Positions 41,810 through 56,520 of a DNA stretch of 64,000 nt are shown in pieces. Below the pieces are notes generated by a model, which did not search any database, had not been told where the DNA came from, and saw nothing but the letters and a program-made list of their open reading frames with translations. Location: the NCBI RefSeq assembly GCF_009914755.1, contig NC_060929.1, one strand, 5' to 3'. Each line of letters starts with the position of its first letter. Position 1 is the first letter of the stretch. A program made the position numbers and the translations under genes. The stretch comes from the human T2T-CHM13v2.0 reference genome, Homo sapiens.

Positions 41810-42974
41810 CTACCAAAACCAAGAATGATTTCAAATGGTTATAGGGTTTCAAATGGTAGATGAAACATGAAAATGTATATAACCTATTAACAAGATATAT
41901 TTGTGTCTCTAAGAATTCTATAGGGGAATATACATTTCAGTGAAACTCTGTACCCACCCAACCCACTCCACAGCAAAACAGGCATTTGTGAGAAAGCGCT
42001 ATATATATACACACAAACACACACATGTACACATGCACAATTTATAAATAAACATCAGGATGTTAAATTTAACTAATTTTAACTAAAACAAGGGATAGCT
42101 CAGGATAAACTTGGTTTTACTCTACTAACTCCAAAGTTCAATAAATAATAACAATTTTCTCAAGGTTATTAACCATCAATACTCATAGAATTATGAAATA
42201 CTTTTGCTAAAAGCATTTAGAACTAATCTAGTATGATTCCTTTATTTCACAGATGAAGAAACGAAGTGTCACAGAGGTCTCTTTGCTAGGGGTAATCTAT
42301 GTGCTGAAAACCACCTATAACACTTTGAACCATACCTGTTGTTGGTATTTTGTGATGTCCTTCTACATGTTTTCCTTGAATGACTATATATTTTTTATTA
42401 TAAAAATGGGCTCTCATTTTATGTATTTTTTATTTTTTCATTTAACATAATGAAAATCTACCATGTTAAAAATTATCCTTATGCATCAGTATCCTATCAT
42501 ACACATTTACCTTGATAACATATCAAGGTATATTGTGCTAATTCCCGCTGCTGAATATTTGGCTCATTTTTTTTCTTGGCACATTTTCAGTTTTCCACTA
42601 TAATAAACATTGATGTAACTAAATCTTTTCACATATTCTTAATTTTTTTCTTAGGATAAATTCTTCAAAGTAAAATTGTTGGTTCATAGTGTGACTTGAA
42701 TTCTCTTCTAGAAAGCTACTCAAACTTTCACTTTCATTGCTAATGAATAAGAATGTCCTGACTTTAGTCAATACGCTGAATTTGTTATCATCTAGTTTTG
42801 ACTTTGTTTTTTAATCTTGAATACTCTTTAGAGAAAATGTTAGTTCACTATTGTTTAATTTGTATTTCTTTAAAGTTGGGGTTTTATTCATGTAACTCAC
42901 CAATTGTGTTTCTTATGGATTGTGTTCATTTTCCTGGAAGAAAGGTCATTTTTTTCCTTATTAATTTCTAAGAA

Positions 42975-43269
42975 TTTTTTTTTTTTTTTGAGACAGAGTC
43001 TCACTCTGTCGCCCAGGCTGAAGTGCAGTGGCATGACTCAGCTTACTGCAACCTCCGCCTACCAGGTTCAGGAGATTCTCCTATCTCAGCCTCCTAAGTA
43101 GCTGGGATTACAGGCACGTGCCACCACACCTGGCTAATTTTTGTATTTTTTAGTAGAGACGGGGTTTCACCATGTTGGTCAGGCTGGTCTCAAACTCCTG
43201 ACCTCGTGATCCACCTGCCCCAGCCTCCCAAAGTGCTGGGATTATAGGCGTGAGCCACCCCACCTGGAC
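42975..43269 (-). mobile_element. AluS (Sg/Sc-like)
   Basis: Antisense dimer, ctgacctcgtgatcc; TSD atttctaag.attttt. Confidence 0.95.
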
Positions 43270-44209
43270 GATTTCTAAGGATTTTTAAGACATTAAAGTC
43301 AATGTCTCTTTAGTAACACTGGAAATAGAATCCCACCCTTTTCATTTGCCTTTACGTTTTCTTTATGGTGTTTTTGATGTGTAGAAAAATTTGATTCCTT
43401 AATGTATACACATCTATCAGACATTTTCTTCATGCTTTCTCGCTCTAGTGATATGCTTAGAAATATCCTCCCTATGTTGAAATTTAAATACTCATTTTTA
43501 TTTTATTTTAGTAATTTTAACTAAACTACTTTTTAGTTGTTACATTAATAAAATTATATATTATATATTAATGAAATCTTTATTTAAATAAATATTTAAT
43601 AAAATATATATCCAATGTATATTTTTATATAAGGTTTAAAGAAAGAATCTAACTTTATATTATTTTCCCAAACGATAGCTGTTGCTTTCAACACCATTTA
43701 TTGAATAATCATCCCTTTTCTCATTGAATAAAATGCTACTTCAGTCACACACACACACACACACACACACAAATACATAAATGAGTCTTATTTGAAATCT
43801 ATAGTCTATCCAAATCAACTTTATCTAATTCTTCATTTGAGCCACCGTCCTAATTCTTACAATATTATATATTACATGATATATGTTACTGTAATTTTTA
43901 TGATATAATCTCTGGAATGGTGTGTTCTACATCCTTCCAACCTTTACCCACTGTGCTTTATTTCAACTTTTTCTTGATTTTCCCATGTTAGCTTGATTTT
44001 TGAAATACTTTATTAAAATCAAAAATAAAATGTGATTGGAATTGCCTATAGTGGAATGAATATTGTGGATTGTTTAGCATTAGTTAAGACATTTTTGTTT
44101 TCTTCACAACAATACCAAAAAAACCCTTCTAATTTCTTATTATTTTCACTCATAAATATAGGTGTAGTATGTTTTTGTGACTAGAATCTTGTGCTATTTA
44201 AAAAGAATT

Positions 44210-44506
<297 letters not shown>

Positions 44507-45763
44507 TTATTTTTTTCATTATAATATCTAACTGATTATTACTTTCTATAAAAAAGCTAATAGCTTTCTTATATGTAATTTTGTATTTGGCTACCTATCT
44601 GAATTACTGAATCATTTCTAATAACATTTCAACTAATTCCTTTGGCTCTTCCAGGTAAATACCCACATAGCTATAAAGTCAGTTTTCATTTTATATTTTA
44701 TGTTTCAAGTTGTTGTACTAGAACAATAACTTGACAATAACTATACGACTTCCCAAACAAATATTACATACAAATATTATGTTACGTCTTATTGCTTATA
44801 ACTAAGCTGACTTTAATAGAAACGACTCACACTTAAAAATTGGTTTCGCCATTGAAATAAACACTATATTCTTCTGTTGCTATTTCACTGCATCCTTTTA
44901 AAAAAAACTAACAACAAATGGATATTAAGTTTTAGTCAAATGCCACTGTGGCACCTGTCAATACAAGTCTATTGCTTTTTCTTTCACCATATTAATATGA
45001 TGGATTCTGTGACCAGATTTGATCAAAATTAACTATATGTACATTTACAGACTCGGCCTTATTTGACATGAGCATGAATCTTTTAACAAAATGCAAGATT
45101 CAATTTACCAAGTTGTATTTAAGATTTTATCTACCGAAAAGTAAGATTGGTTGAGGGACTTCCTTCTTATTGCAAATAGGTCTACTTGATAGAATGAATT
45201 GAAAAGTTGATTTTCTTTTCACAAACTCTAGAAAATTTATATAACATACTATTTGTTCCTTAAAAGTTTGGAAACATTTTCTCAGAAAGTCTCTGTGCCT
45301 GACATCTTTTGAAGGACTGTTTATTTAAAGCAATTTTTCTAATTTTTTTTCTGACAGATATCGCTTTGTCAAGGTTATATACTTCACTTTGTATCAAATG
45401 TGGAAATATATATATTTTTGCAAGAAGGCATAATTTAATCAGGATTGTCTCTCTCCCTTTCCGTATGTACATGTTTCTGACTCATCCTAGGCCCCTCACT
45501 TTCCCTCACTCCCATAGAACTGTTTCACCAACTGTTAGGTATGACTGCTGTCTCATTCTCTCTCACCACAGAAAGCTGGGAAAGGCATTTTAGGAGGTGA
45601 GAAATAAAGCATCCTCTCTCAAGTTTTTGCCATCCCCCAAGAGTTATATGTGGGGTCTCCATGCCAACAGTCCACTCCTCTGAGATGGTTTTCCCTAATC
45701 ACCCGCAAGTAACTTTTCACTTTTAACTTTAAAAGAGTGAGCAGGGCTCCCCTTCCTCATAAC

Positions 45764-46000
45764 CTAGCTGCGAAGCAATTTAATAGGTGTTCCATGAAAT
45801 TTAAAAGCAGTAGTAAGATTCCTAACAGAGACACTCCTCAACTGTCTCCATTCTCACAGCCTGTCTCTAGATATAGGGAGTTCTTTGGAACTAATTTCTG
45901 AAAGAACACGTACTTTTTCATATTATATAACATTCTAAGCCACATTAAAATGAATGCTTGGTGAGATTTTTCAAGCAGATATTTAAATTATTGTATGCCA
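45764..46000 (-). pseudogene. Decayed exon, RGS helix-3/4-like
   Basis: Acceptor ctgttaatctttctcag|. Reads GIQ*FKYLLEKSHQAFILMWLR, like G-xxx-F-xx-FL-xx-xH-xxxx-L-x-W. Donor TAG|GTTATG is tentative. Confidence 0.5.
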
Positions 46001-46504
46001 CTGAGAAAGATTAACAGGGCATAATAAGCTATACTTAATATTTTAGGAACGAGTATAGTAAACTATTGTTTAATAAATACAAGGCAAGGCAAACATTACA
46101 AAGTGAAATGTGGAAGAACTAAAGCTTCTAAAATAATTGAACCTTCCCTCTAGCAGCCCCTCACAGAGCTCTCCGTCATTAACCAGGAGTATAAAAAATA
46201 GAGCAAAGTATATAATACAATAATAGCTATAGTTTTTTGAGCTCTGGCCACATACCTGGCATAATGCTAGATGTTATACACATTAGCTTTCTTCCTCAGG
46301 GCAGCCCTAAGGAAAAAGAGCAAAGGAGGGCTGATGTGGTTTATAGCTCCCATATGCCAGGCCCCAGGATGGATGAGTTTGTAGGAACTAGAGTCTCAGA
46401 TCCTAAGTCCATAGAGTTAGGAAGACACAATTAATAAGGCAAAGTTCCTGCTCTTGACATTGTACCACTGTTTCAGGTTTGACTCAACTTTTTTTCTGAA
46501 AATA

Positions 46505-46770
46505 ATGATTAACTTTTTATAGTTGTTTACAGCCTGCCAGGCACTGTTCTAAGAACTTTATATGTATCAACTTCTCCTTGAATCTTCACAACCACTTTAT
46601 AAAGTAAGTATCATGATGGCCCCCATCCCCCTCCATTTTTTAGGGGAGAAAATTGAGGCTTAAAGAAGTGGCCTGCCCACAGATGGCAAGTGACCAGGCC
46701 AGAGTCCACACCCAGACTATTTAACTCTAGACTCCATTTAACTCTAGACTCTAAGCTTTTAATCACTAAA
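46505..46770 (-). mobile_element. MIR
   Basis: gccaggcactgttctaag...aatcttcacaaccac...aaattgaggct. Confidence 0.75.
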
Positions 46771-47199
46771 CTTTCAGAAATGTCTACCAAGAAAGATGGC
46801 TAAATTTGGCGAGCAATATCTAAAATCAAGTCCAAAGGAATATGAATAAAAGCATTTGAAAGAGAAGGCTATGATTTCTCACACTATGACTAGCATTTTT
46901 CCTTAGGTGTCATCTATGCTGAATCTCCACTGGGCAGGAAACACAATGAAATACAACTGAAACTGAATGGAAAGTTAACCATGAAACGACTGGAGGAATC
47001 TCAGTCAGAACTAGGTCTCGCTTTACCAAGAGAGGTCAGTCATACTTGACAATAGAGGCTTTAGGGCCCTTTTCGATGTTCCACACCATAATTTAAATGA
47101 TGCAGTAAAAACAGAAAAAGCAAAGAGTTAATAATCATCTGAAGAAATGTGCTTCCATTCTAAACTTCCAAGGGGGTTGGGGGTGTAAGAAGACTAAAT

Positions 47200-47795
47200 A
47201 TTGTGGAAAGCAGCTTGGTGACATCTGAAAAGGCTAAAAACAGAACTACCATTCAACTCAGCAGTCCCATTCCTGGGTATATACCCAAAGGAATATAAAT
47301 AATTCTACCATAAAGGCACATGCACGCATATGTTCGTTGTAGCACTATTCACCATAGCAAAGACATGGAATCAACCTAAATGCCCATCAATGGCAGATTG
47401 GATAAAGAAAATGTGGTACAGGTACATAATGGAATGCTATACAGTCATACAAAAATGCAATCATGTCCTCTGCAAAACGTGGATGGAGCTAGAGGCATTA
47501 TCCTTAGCAAACTAATGCAGGAACACAAAACCAAATACTGTATGCTCTCACTTGTAAGTGGGAGCTAAATAATGAAAATACATGGACACAAAGAGGATCA
47601 GCATACTGGGGCCTACCAGAGGGTGGAGGGTGGTATGAGGGAGACAACCAGAGAAAATAACTATTGGGTAGTAGGCTTAGTTCCTGGGTGATGAAATAAT
47701 CTGTACAACAAACCCCCATGACAGGAGCTTACCTATATTAAAAAAAATCTCCATATGTACCCCTGAACCTAAAATAAAAGTTTTGTTTTTTAAAA
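47200..47795 (+). mobile_element. L1 3' end (L1PA/PB-type)
   Basis: ORF2 C-terminus MFVVALFTIAKTWNQPKCPSM...WIKKMW plus 3' UTR ending ctaaaataaaagtt. Confidence 0.95.
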
Positions 47796-48107
47796 TAAGA
47801 TGAAATGCATAGGGCAAAGGTAAATCTGTTTGTGGAAAAACAGCAAAAGGAAGCACTGTTTCCTGGCAATAAGTATAACTCTTTTCTTAAGGTCTGCCCT
47901 TCTCCTTACCCCGATCTCCAACTTGTTGGAAAGCTAAGATTATTGACCTTCTGTGAACTCTGTATCTAGTTAACTTCTTTCATTCAACCCTTTAGGGACT
48001 CAAGCAAACAGCATCACTGACACCATTGACAGTTTGGGATTCCAAGGTGGCTATGCAAATTAATCCCTGTCTCTTGCTCCACTCCTACCCTCATCACTAA
48101 TCCTCAC

Positions 48108-48357
48108 TTCTCCTACAAAAGGACATTGTTATGAAGCATCCTCGCCTTGTTTTCAGCTTGTGTGTTTTTGAGCCAGAGCTTCATTAGAATATGACCATCT
48201 GTGCTCCCTGGGACCTTGGTCACCTCAATTTATTTGCTGGAAGATGTGGAATGATCCTATCTCACGTGAATATCTAGCTCAGTTTCCTCTATTTCTCTAA
48301 ATGTATCTCAATGTCTTTTGTGCTTTCTGGAAGGTATTAGAGTTTATGGACCTTGCT
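48108..48357 (-). pseudogene. Decayed exon, RGS helix-7-like
   Basis: Phase-2 junction with the previous exon gives AEFPR-ARSINSNTFQKAQK[fs]DIEIHLEK*, matching the F-xx-AQ-xx-I-xx-L motif. Tentative donor GAA|GTGAGG. Confidence 0.5.
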
Positions 48358-48741
48358 CTTGGTTAACATTAAAAAATAAGCTTTCTACATAATATAGTGT
48401 AAAAAAGCTATGTCATTTCTTCACTTTTCTGACTACTAAGTTCTCTTGAGAGGCAGTGAGTGTCACACTGCACTACTAGTGGCCTGCACATCTGAGACAG
48501 AGTATCTCTTACACACTTGTGAATTAATTCCTAACTTCTGTATAATATTCTATTTACATTTTTTATTCAAATTCTCTCTCATTCTCTGTACATTTCTTTA
48601 GCACACACTAGATGTCTGCTGTGCCAGGTGACTCTCACTTATTCAGCACAGCAACCCTAAGAGACACACACATTTAGTACTGAAATATTAGAGTGGAGAG
48701 AACAATGGTGAGGCAATGAGGTTACATGGTCACATTCTTAC

Positions 48742-49042
48742 CTTGGGAATTCTGCTTTGCTGTGAAGCAGTGGGTAAAGACATTGACTATTACAGCACTC
48801 ACTGTTTATCCAAACAGTATCCCAGGGGAGAATACATTTCAGGGTTCTGTACGAGGAAAACTTAGTCTTTCCTGAGAAATGGATGTTGTGTTCTTCTCGT
48901 CTAGCATTTCTTTTGTTTTCCTGCTAAGTTTGGCCACCACGTAACTATGAGATGGGTTTCTGGGCTCCTTCAGAGGAAGCACTATGACTCTTATTATTGA
49001 AATATTCACTTTCTCTTCACCCAATTTTCTCTTTTTAACATT
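48742..49042 (-). pseudogene. Decayed exon
   Basis: Acceptor tttttttttaattcag|, donor AAG|GTAAGA. 5' part is open in frame 0 (NVKKRKLGEEKV...); 3' part is open in another frame (...LKCILPWDTVWINSEC...KAEFP). Confidence 0.55.
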
Positions 49043-49228
49043 CTGAATTAAAAAAAAATTATTGACTTTGTACTTTTTGTAACTTACTGCAAATCCTTTT
49101 CTAAATAGGCAGGGCATGAATAAAGAAAGGATGGAAGGATGGAAGGGAGGAAGGGAAGGACAAAGGAAGAAAGGGAGGGTGGCAGGGAGAAAACAAAAAC
49201 AAGTAGGCAAATACATAAAATGACTTAC

Positions 49229-49261
49229 CTTTTGTAATTTTAAATTATTCAAGTTTGTTTT
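49229..49261 (-). pseudogene. Small decayed exon (may start at 49314)
   Basis: tttattag|AAAACAAACTTGAATAATTTAAAATTACAAAAG|GTAAGT: consensus donor, 33 nt, KTNLNNLKLQK, phase 0 into the next exon. Confidence 0.45.
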
Positions 49262-50384
49262 CTAATAAATATAACCTTAATGAAATGCCATCTCTAAAAA
49301 TCCTTTATACAAAGCTTTTCAAATAATAAAAGGAATACGAGTAAAATGATGAAATAAATAAACTTTTTGCAGCCAAGAAGTCTATGATCTAACGTTTCTT
49401 GTTCACTATCTCTCAAGGTTCCCCAAGAGTAAACATATGCCATAAGGATTTTTGCTAAATCTAGTCTTAAAATAGGAACTATTCTAAAATTAAACTTCTA
49501 CTTTTATCCATAAGGCCATTTATATCATTTTAAGCAATGTTGTAACAACTATTGGAAATACCACATGGTCTGGTTTTACATAAATTTGCAATGTATATTA
49601 TCCTCCATCACCCCCTACATTGGTATAGAAGCTTGTTCCAATGGTATCACATAGTGAGTTTTATTTTCTGGCCAGGTTGGCATTTTGAGATCTAGAATCT
49701 TTATATGCCACCCCTGCCGCCATTGCCGACTGGCTGTGTGCCTAAAAGCCAGAGACACTGGGCAGGGTTAAAGATTGTGGCCAGGTTTTTTTTTTTCCAC
49801 TTTGTCAAATGTAAAAATACAATGATGGTTTGTAGAGTATACTTCAGAAATAATTTAGTCAGTAGGTTTATGTCTACCAATATATATCCTATGAGTTAAT
49901 ATAAGCAGTTCACACTAACAACTGTAGGTGATGTATCCTTCTTTTAGTTGCTGATACTGTGAGAGAATAAGGCATTTTATTTAATTAAAGAATGAGCTAA
50001 AATAGCAATGTGGAAATACAGAAAATAAATACTGAAACCACACAATGCTAAACATGAATCAGCATTCCTATATTTGTAAGTGAAGTCACCTAAAGGGAAG
50101 AAAGTATAAACAGAAAAGGCAATAACTGCATCAGGGAAAATGAGAACCTATGGAAGGAAAAAGACCAGCAGTACCTGGATTCAGCTTTTCTGGTTGGAAA
50201 GGTCTAGAGACATTAAAATCATACCTGTTTATAAAATTATGTATATTTAATATTGGAATATTATTGGTGGCTCTAGAGGGCATACACCTGGTTGTACAGG
50301 AACCGTAAGGTTTAACAATACTACTAAAAAAGGAATGTTTATAGATTTAGATTTATTGCAAACCATGCTTTCATTTTTTCTTCC

Positions 50385-50720
50385 TATAAATCTTTCCTGA
50401 GCATCTACTATATATTAAGTGCTACTGTAGCTATGGAGATACAACAAGACAATAAATATGAACTTTTGTTGGAGTTCACATTCCAGTCGAAGGGATATGA
50501 ATATTAAACAAAATAAATAGGTAAATTAGAAGGTATATCAGAAAATGACAAGGACAATAGAGAAAACTTTAGCAGGGGAGTCTGGGAGTGGGGTTAGGGA
50601 TTAAAACTGCAGTTCTCAATCTAATGGATAGAAAATGTTACATTGAAGTAGCTTTGGGGTGAAGCCTTGAAGGAAGTGAGCCACGCAGATAACTGGGTAA
50701 AAGCATATCATTCTCTTGTT
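50385..50720 (-). mobile_element. L2 fragment
   Basis: tgagcatctacta...ggagttcacattccag...gaaggaagtgagccacgcagat. Confidence 0.65.
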
Positions 50721-51617
50721 TAGATATAAATGTGCTGAGAAAAAAAAAGTATTTTCTATATATAAGACTATTCCTCTGAAGCAGTAGCATGCAGATGACT
50801 GGGAATTGTAGAAGAGGTGTCAATGCCAACAATTTGAAGAAAAATAACATATTTTAATGTTGAAACAAATAGAGAAAAGTAAGGGATTGAAGAGATATTT
50901 TAAAGAGAAAACTGAAGGTGTTAAAAATGTGCATCTGATACCATAAATCCAGGCTACTCTTCCAGACACCAGGCTCACATGTTCAATTTCTTCTGGCATG
51001 AAAAATTCCAGTGGAAAAAGTCAAAGAAGCTCTTATCTCTTCGCTGAAGCAGTCATGCTAGGGTAACAGCTGAATTCAGGAAAACTTAAGGAAACTAACT
51101 TTCACTGCACTCATACTATATGTAAAACATCATACACATAATATGAATGTCCAATTTTAGAAGTATTTAAAAAACATGGATTTTATATAGCTCTAAGCCA
51201 CATGAGGTGTGTATGAGGTTGGGGGTAGTGAAGCTCAAAATTGTAAGCTAGACACTTCTTGAAAAAAAAACTAAATGCAGCCTTCACTAATGGCAATAGG
51301 TAGAAAGAGAAAGAGCATGAGCCAGAAATACTCATATTTAAATCAAATTATGGCTCTGTGCTCTGTGGTCATGAGGAAACTGCTTAATATCATTTACTTC
51401 ATTTATTAAATGAGTCTATTAGCAACAACACATGTCAAATTCCTAACATGGTACCTGTCCATCCTTCACCTTATGAGATTATTAAATTATTAAATTTTGC
51501 CTTTTGAGCAAAAATATTGATTTATTGAAAATACGGCCTAAAATATATGCCAATTATGCTACTTACTATAATAGTTTAACATACAACAGCTTGAAAATAG
51601 TATAATTCTTTCTTCAC

Positions 51618-52474
51618 ATGAGCCATGTTATGATTTCCAGTAATTTGGGACCCACTGGTATGTGGGATTCATTACAATGTTCTTCAAAATTATTTCATTT
51701 ATTACATGGACTTTGTTTAAGGAAACGAACAGAAAAAAATTAAATGTTTGTTTTGGAGAAGTTTCATGCTGTTAACTTCAAAGCCCCTAAGCCTCCAGTG
51801 GCCCTCTTGGATATAAGCCACAGATATGAGCGTGAATGACGCTGGTTGTTCTACATGAAACTTCCTGATGTGAAAACTTTTCACCTATAACCTCAAAAGT
51901 CAGCTATAGCTAATAGCTCATGAGTATGTTTCCACAATACTGAACATTTTGATAAAATACACTTTAAAGACTTCCTGATTAGAAAAGATTAAAAAAAAAT
52001 GTTTTCCTAGGATTATACTGGAAATTTTGAGAAGCTTCTTACAGCACTCAAAAAGAGTTCTTGTGTATTTGTTGTTGTCTGGAACGACATCATCAAGGAT
52101 CAATCACATTCTTTAAGGGCTAAGTACGTTCACAAAATTTCCATTTTTCTCTCCAAAGCACATGGAAATAATTTACATATAAATGAAGAAACATGCCACC
52201 CTTTAAAAATACCAGTTTCTTGACATATAGTCCAATGGATTGCTACAATTTCAAGTCTTTAATAGATTCAAGTTGAAAGGAATGGCATGTCATTTGAAAG
52301 CGTTTCCAAAGCACAAGGGCAGCCTTGTTTTGCAATGTTTCTGAAATATTTGGTTTAGGACATGGCACCAGAGGGCTTGGCAGTGAATACTCCGAAGAAA
52401 TGTAAAGTTTAATCAATCCATGAAAATCAGTCCCAGATGTGGCTTACGAGTGACACCATGTTTTTAAACATAAT
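51618..52474 (-). pseudogene. Decayed large exon with two RGS-like segments (3' end uncertain)
   Basis: Acceptor ctttgaactttttatgccag|. About 120 codons with 3 stops: LCLKTWCHS*ATSGTDFHGLIKLYISSEYSLPSPL...LQNKAALVLWKRFQ. Then ILGKHFFLIFSNQEVFKVYFIKMFSIVETY (ORF 51918-52103) fits G-x3-F-x2-F-x3-E...VExY. Confidence 0.55.
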
Positions 52475-52673
52475 CTGGCATAAAAAGTTCAAAGGTAATA
52501 GATATCAGAAATATATTCCTAGTGATAAAACTGTAGGTAAAGTTTATTTAAACCTTTATTATGAACCCACTACACGCATTATCTGTTTTATGTCTTATAG
52601 CATGTAAAAAGGTGAGAAAAACATACTGTCCTGAATATGCTACCAATCAGGTAGATGAAAGCACAAAAAAAAC

Positions 52674-53215
52674 CCATTCATTCATTCACTCACTCATTCA
52701 TTCAACAAGTATGTATTGAACTCCAATTCAGGGTTAGATACTCTTTTGGCACCATGACTGTGAGATCTGGTTCTTGTTCTCCGCTATCTCTGCGACTTTT
52801 CATCTTTAGTGGGGAGAAAAGACAGGTAAACAGTTGATTAAAACCTAGTAAGAATTAGGTTCAAGTTTTCACAGGATGTGGTGAAGCTCAGAGGAGAGAG
52901 CAGAGCACTGGTCCAGTTCTCAGGTCTGGGGCCTGGAGGAGAATTGCCAAGGGAGATAGAGATTGAGCATAGTCAGGGAAGGGTAATCCCAGCAGATAAA
53001 GCAAACTGTGTAAATACGGGGAAAAGCTAGCAGGAAACAGGCAACAATAAATTCATTGTTTCTGGAGACAGTCTTAATGGGACATGGCAAACAGAGAGAG
53101 GATACTAGTGAGAGAGCCAGGTGCTGCGTTCCTGATGGCCAAAAGGTCTTGTTGGAGAGTTTGTATTTTATCTTCAGGGATCTGGAAAGCCTTGAAAGAT
53201 TTCAATCAAAAAGAT
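52674..53215 (-). mobile_element. L2 3' end
   Basis: (CATT)n caacaagtatgtattga then L2 body. Confidence 0.7.
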
Positions 53216-53835
53216 ATTTAAAAACATGACAGAGTAAGAGAACACTAAGTTCCTCACTTAAAAGTTATGGCAGACATTTCAAAACTGTTCACCAATTTCC
53301 AGTTTTCTTCTTCCAACCCCACAGGAAAATTGTACTTCCCTGCCTCTTTGAGGTTAACCAAGTTGCATTGCTTTGGAAAATGAAATATGATCCACTTTTC
53401 GGGGTGGAAGCATTTAATTGTGACTTCTGGAATCTCTAACCCTTTCTTCTGTCATGGTGAAGGTAGACACCTGTGGTTTATATGGCGGCATTGCTTTTGG
53501 CAATCACATGGAGACTGCTGGCCTGCGGGGTTCTCAGATCCACAGTGGGGTCGTCCGTTATTGGAGTATTATTTTGCCTACCATGACTAGTACACGTATT
53601 CAAGTAATGGAGATATTCTTATAATTAACAAGCTACTAGCTCTGATTTGTAATTTGCTCAATTAGACAAAGTTAAGTGTGTTCCTTGTTAAAAGTATTCA
53701 CCTGTCTAAAGTTTCTTGTCTTAGTAAAGCAAGTCACCGCTTCCAGATTTTGGAAGTGGTAATTAACAGCGTTTTGCTTATGGATTTACTTATAATTAGT
53801 TTTTGTTTTTGGAAATTTGAAAAATGCAAAGTTTA

Positions 53836-54540
<705 letters not shown>

Positions 54541-55789
54541 CTATCACAAAAGGGAAATTGCTTATTCTTATGTTTATAACACCAGATCTTTTATTTGATA
54601 TATACTATGTGTATATATTATACAAATAAGCTCTTTATAAAAGATAACCATGAAGGAATTATTTCCTGAAACGGCAAAATATAAATTTGCCTGTAAAATC
54701 AGAATGCCCTAGCCAATCTTTTGAGATTTGACCAGGATGATCCTGTGGGTAAGGAAACTAACCCTTTCAAATTGCATGAAAATTAGAAGACAAATGAAGA
54801 TGTTGTGAATGGAAATTCATTTCCAAATAAACCACTGGGATAAAAATCATTAGAATAATGCTAGTTTCAAAATCTATGTTTTTCCGTCTCTTTGTCACTC
54901 ACAATTATTTCAAATATGTTCACTTTAAAGTACAGTATATATACCTAGTTAGGTTGAGTCATGTTTTAGAAAAATTCCTTAGAGTTTGTTTTTAAGCAAA
55001 ACAGGACTGTTTTAAACAAAGCAGAACCTTAACAGGAAACTGATAACAGTGGCCAAGAAAAGCATCTTATTTTCTATTTTCTGTGTATTAGAAAGAAACC
55101 CTATTTCTCACTTCCTCATATGGTAATTATATCTCGGTGGAATTGAATCCTCAGGACAACAGGGCATGTTATTGTGAGATATTTTACACCTGGCTTAACC
55201 ATTCTGTAAAATCAGAGATAGTGACTAGCCCAGAGGCTCTGTCTCACTTCCTTCCGGTGTTGCTTAGCTATTGATAAATATTAAGGTGCATGTGATTTGG
55301 CTGCTAAAATGAAGAAAGGATGTCAGAAGGCTATCAGTTTGCTGAATCAAACAGCATTGCCACAGGGCTCCAAGCTGGCAGGGCCCCTCTGGGCATTGCC
55401 AGGTCACCAAGGAAGTGGCTGGGTGAGGTGGCAACAGGTGTCAGACATGCTGCTGAGCAGATGATCTCAGCAGGCCTGAGGACAGAAGAGAAGGTTACCA
55501 CACAAAGTGCTTAGCTGTGACCCCAGAGGAATTTCAGCATCAAAGGAATTTGAGTAGAAAAAGGTTTCAAATTTCAGTTAACCCAGGGTTGAAGCAGCAG
55601 GACTCATTGATAGAAAGAGAGAAGCAAATAAAAGCCCACACTAGTTAACATAACTCTCAAATAAGAATGCAATTATCTGCAGCCACAGTAGCCCATGGAA
55701 AGATATCCCTAACCAGTCATTCAGTTGAGACATAGGGACATCACCTGGGTGGAAAGGACCCTTACAGGTTGTGAAGGAATTATAAGTGA

Positions 55790-56030
55790 CCATTAGTGAG
55801 TGGTCACTATGTACCAGACACAGCTGTAAGTGCTTTATGGCCATTAATTCATTCCATCTTCACAACAACACTCTGAGGTAAGTATTCATATTTGCCTTAT
55901 TGTACAGAGGTAGAAATGGAATCATAAAAAAGTGAAGACATCAGCCCTAGCTGATACAGCAAGTACAGAGGAGAGCCAGAATATAAACCTAAGAAGTCTG
56001 TCTGTATAAACCATGCTCTTAGCCACCAAG
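55790..56030 (-). mobile_element. MIR
   Basis: cactatgtaccagacac...cttcacaacaacactctgaggtaag. Confidence 0.75.
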
Positions 56031-56269
56031 TTTCACCATCCCTCACAGGGAGAAAACTGCAGAGCAGAAAAGTTCTGGTCTTACTCCTAAGAAGAGATGC
56101 ACATTACATACATGAAAAGATACCAAACATGACAACATAGAAAATGATGGATGCCAAGTGAGTGCCAGGAACTATAGAGCTGTTGAAAGAGATTCATTGC
56201 AAAACAGGTTGGAATAAGCAAGACAAACTTGAGAAGTGGATTCTCACATTGAGTGTGAACAAGCAGGGG

Positions 56270-56520
56270 CAGTGTGATGTGGAGGAAGGGAGCATGTACT
56301 CTACAGGCTTTAGCTTCAGAGGGGCTTGGGTTCAAATCCCAGCTCTGCCACTTACAAGTCATGTGAGCTTGGGGAAGTTACTTATTCTTTGTTTTCTAGT
56401 TTTCCTATCTGCAGGGATAGAAAAATGCTATTTCAAAACACTATTCATGAAGATCAAGCAAAATTAGTTATAAGCAGGTCTCAGCATACTTGGTACAAGG
56501 TACACATTTAATATGTGTAC
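56270..56520 (+). mobile_element. MIR
   Basis: gggttcaaatcccagctctgccacttac...ggggaagttactta. Confidence 0.8.

Noticed and set aside
44630-44660. Plus-strand CAG|GTAAAT motif
   Set aside because: Standard antisense L1 sequence.
47330-47568. ORF resembling a real protein
   Set aside because: It is the C-terminus of L1 ORF2 in a truncated element.
48839-49252. 137-aa ORF as a single-exon gene
   Set aside because: It reads through a 186-nt intron containing a purine-rich microsatellite between two decayed exons.
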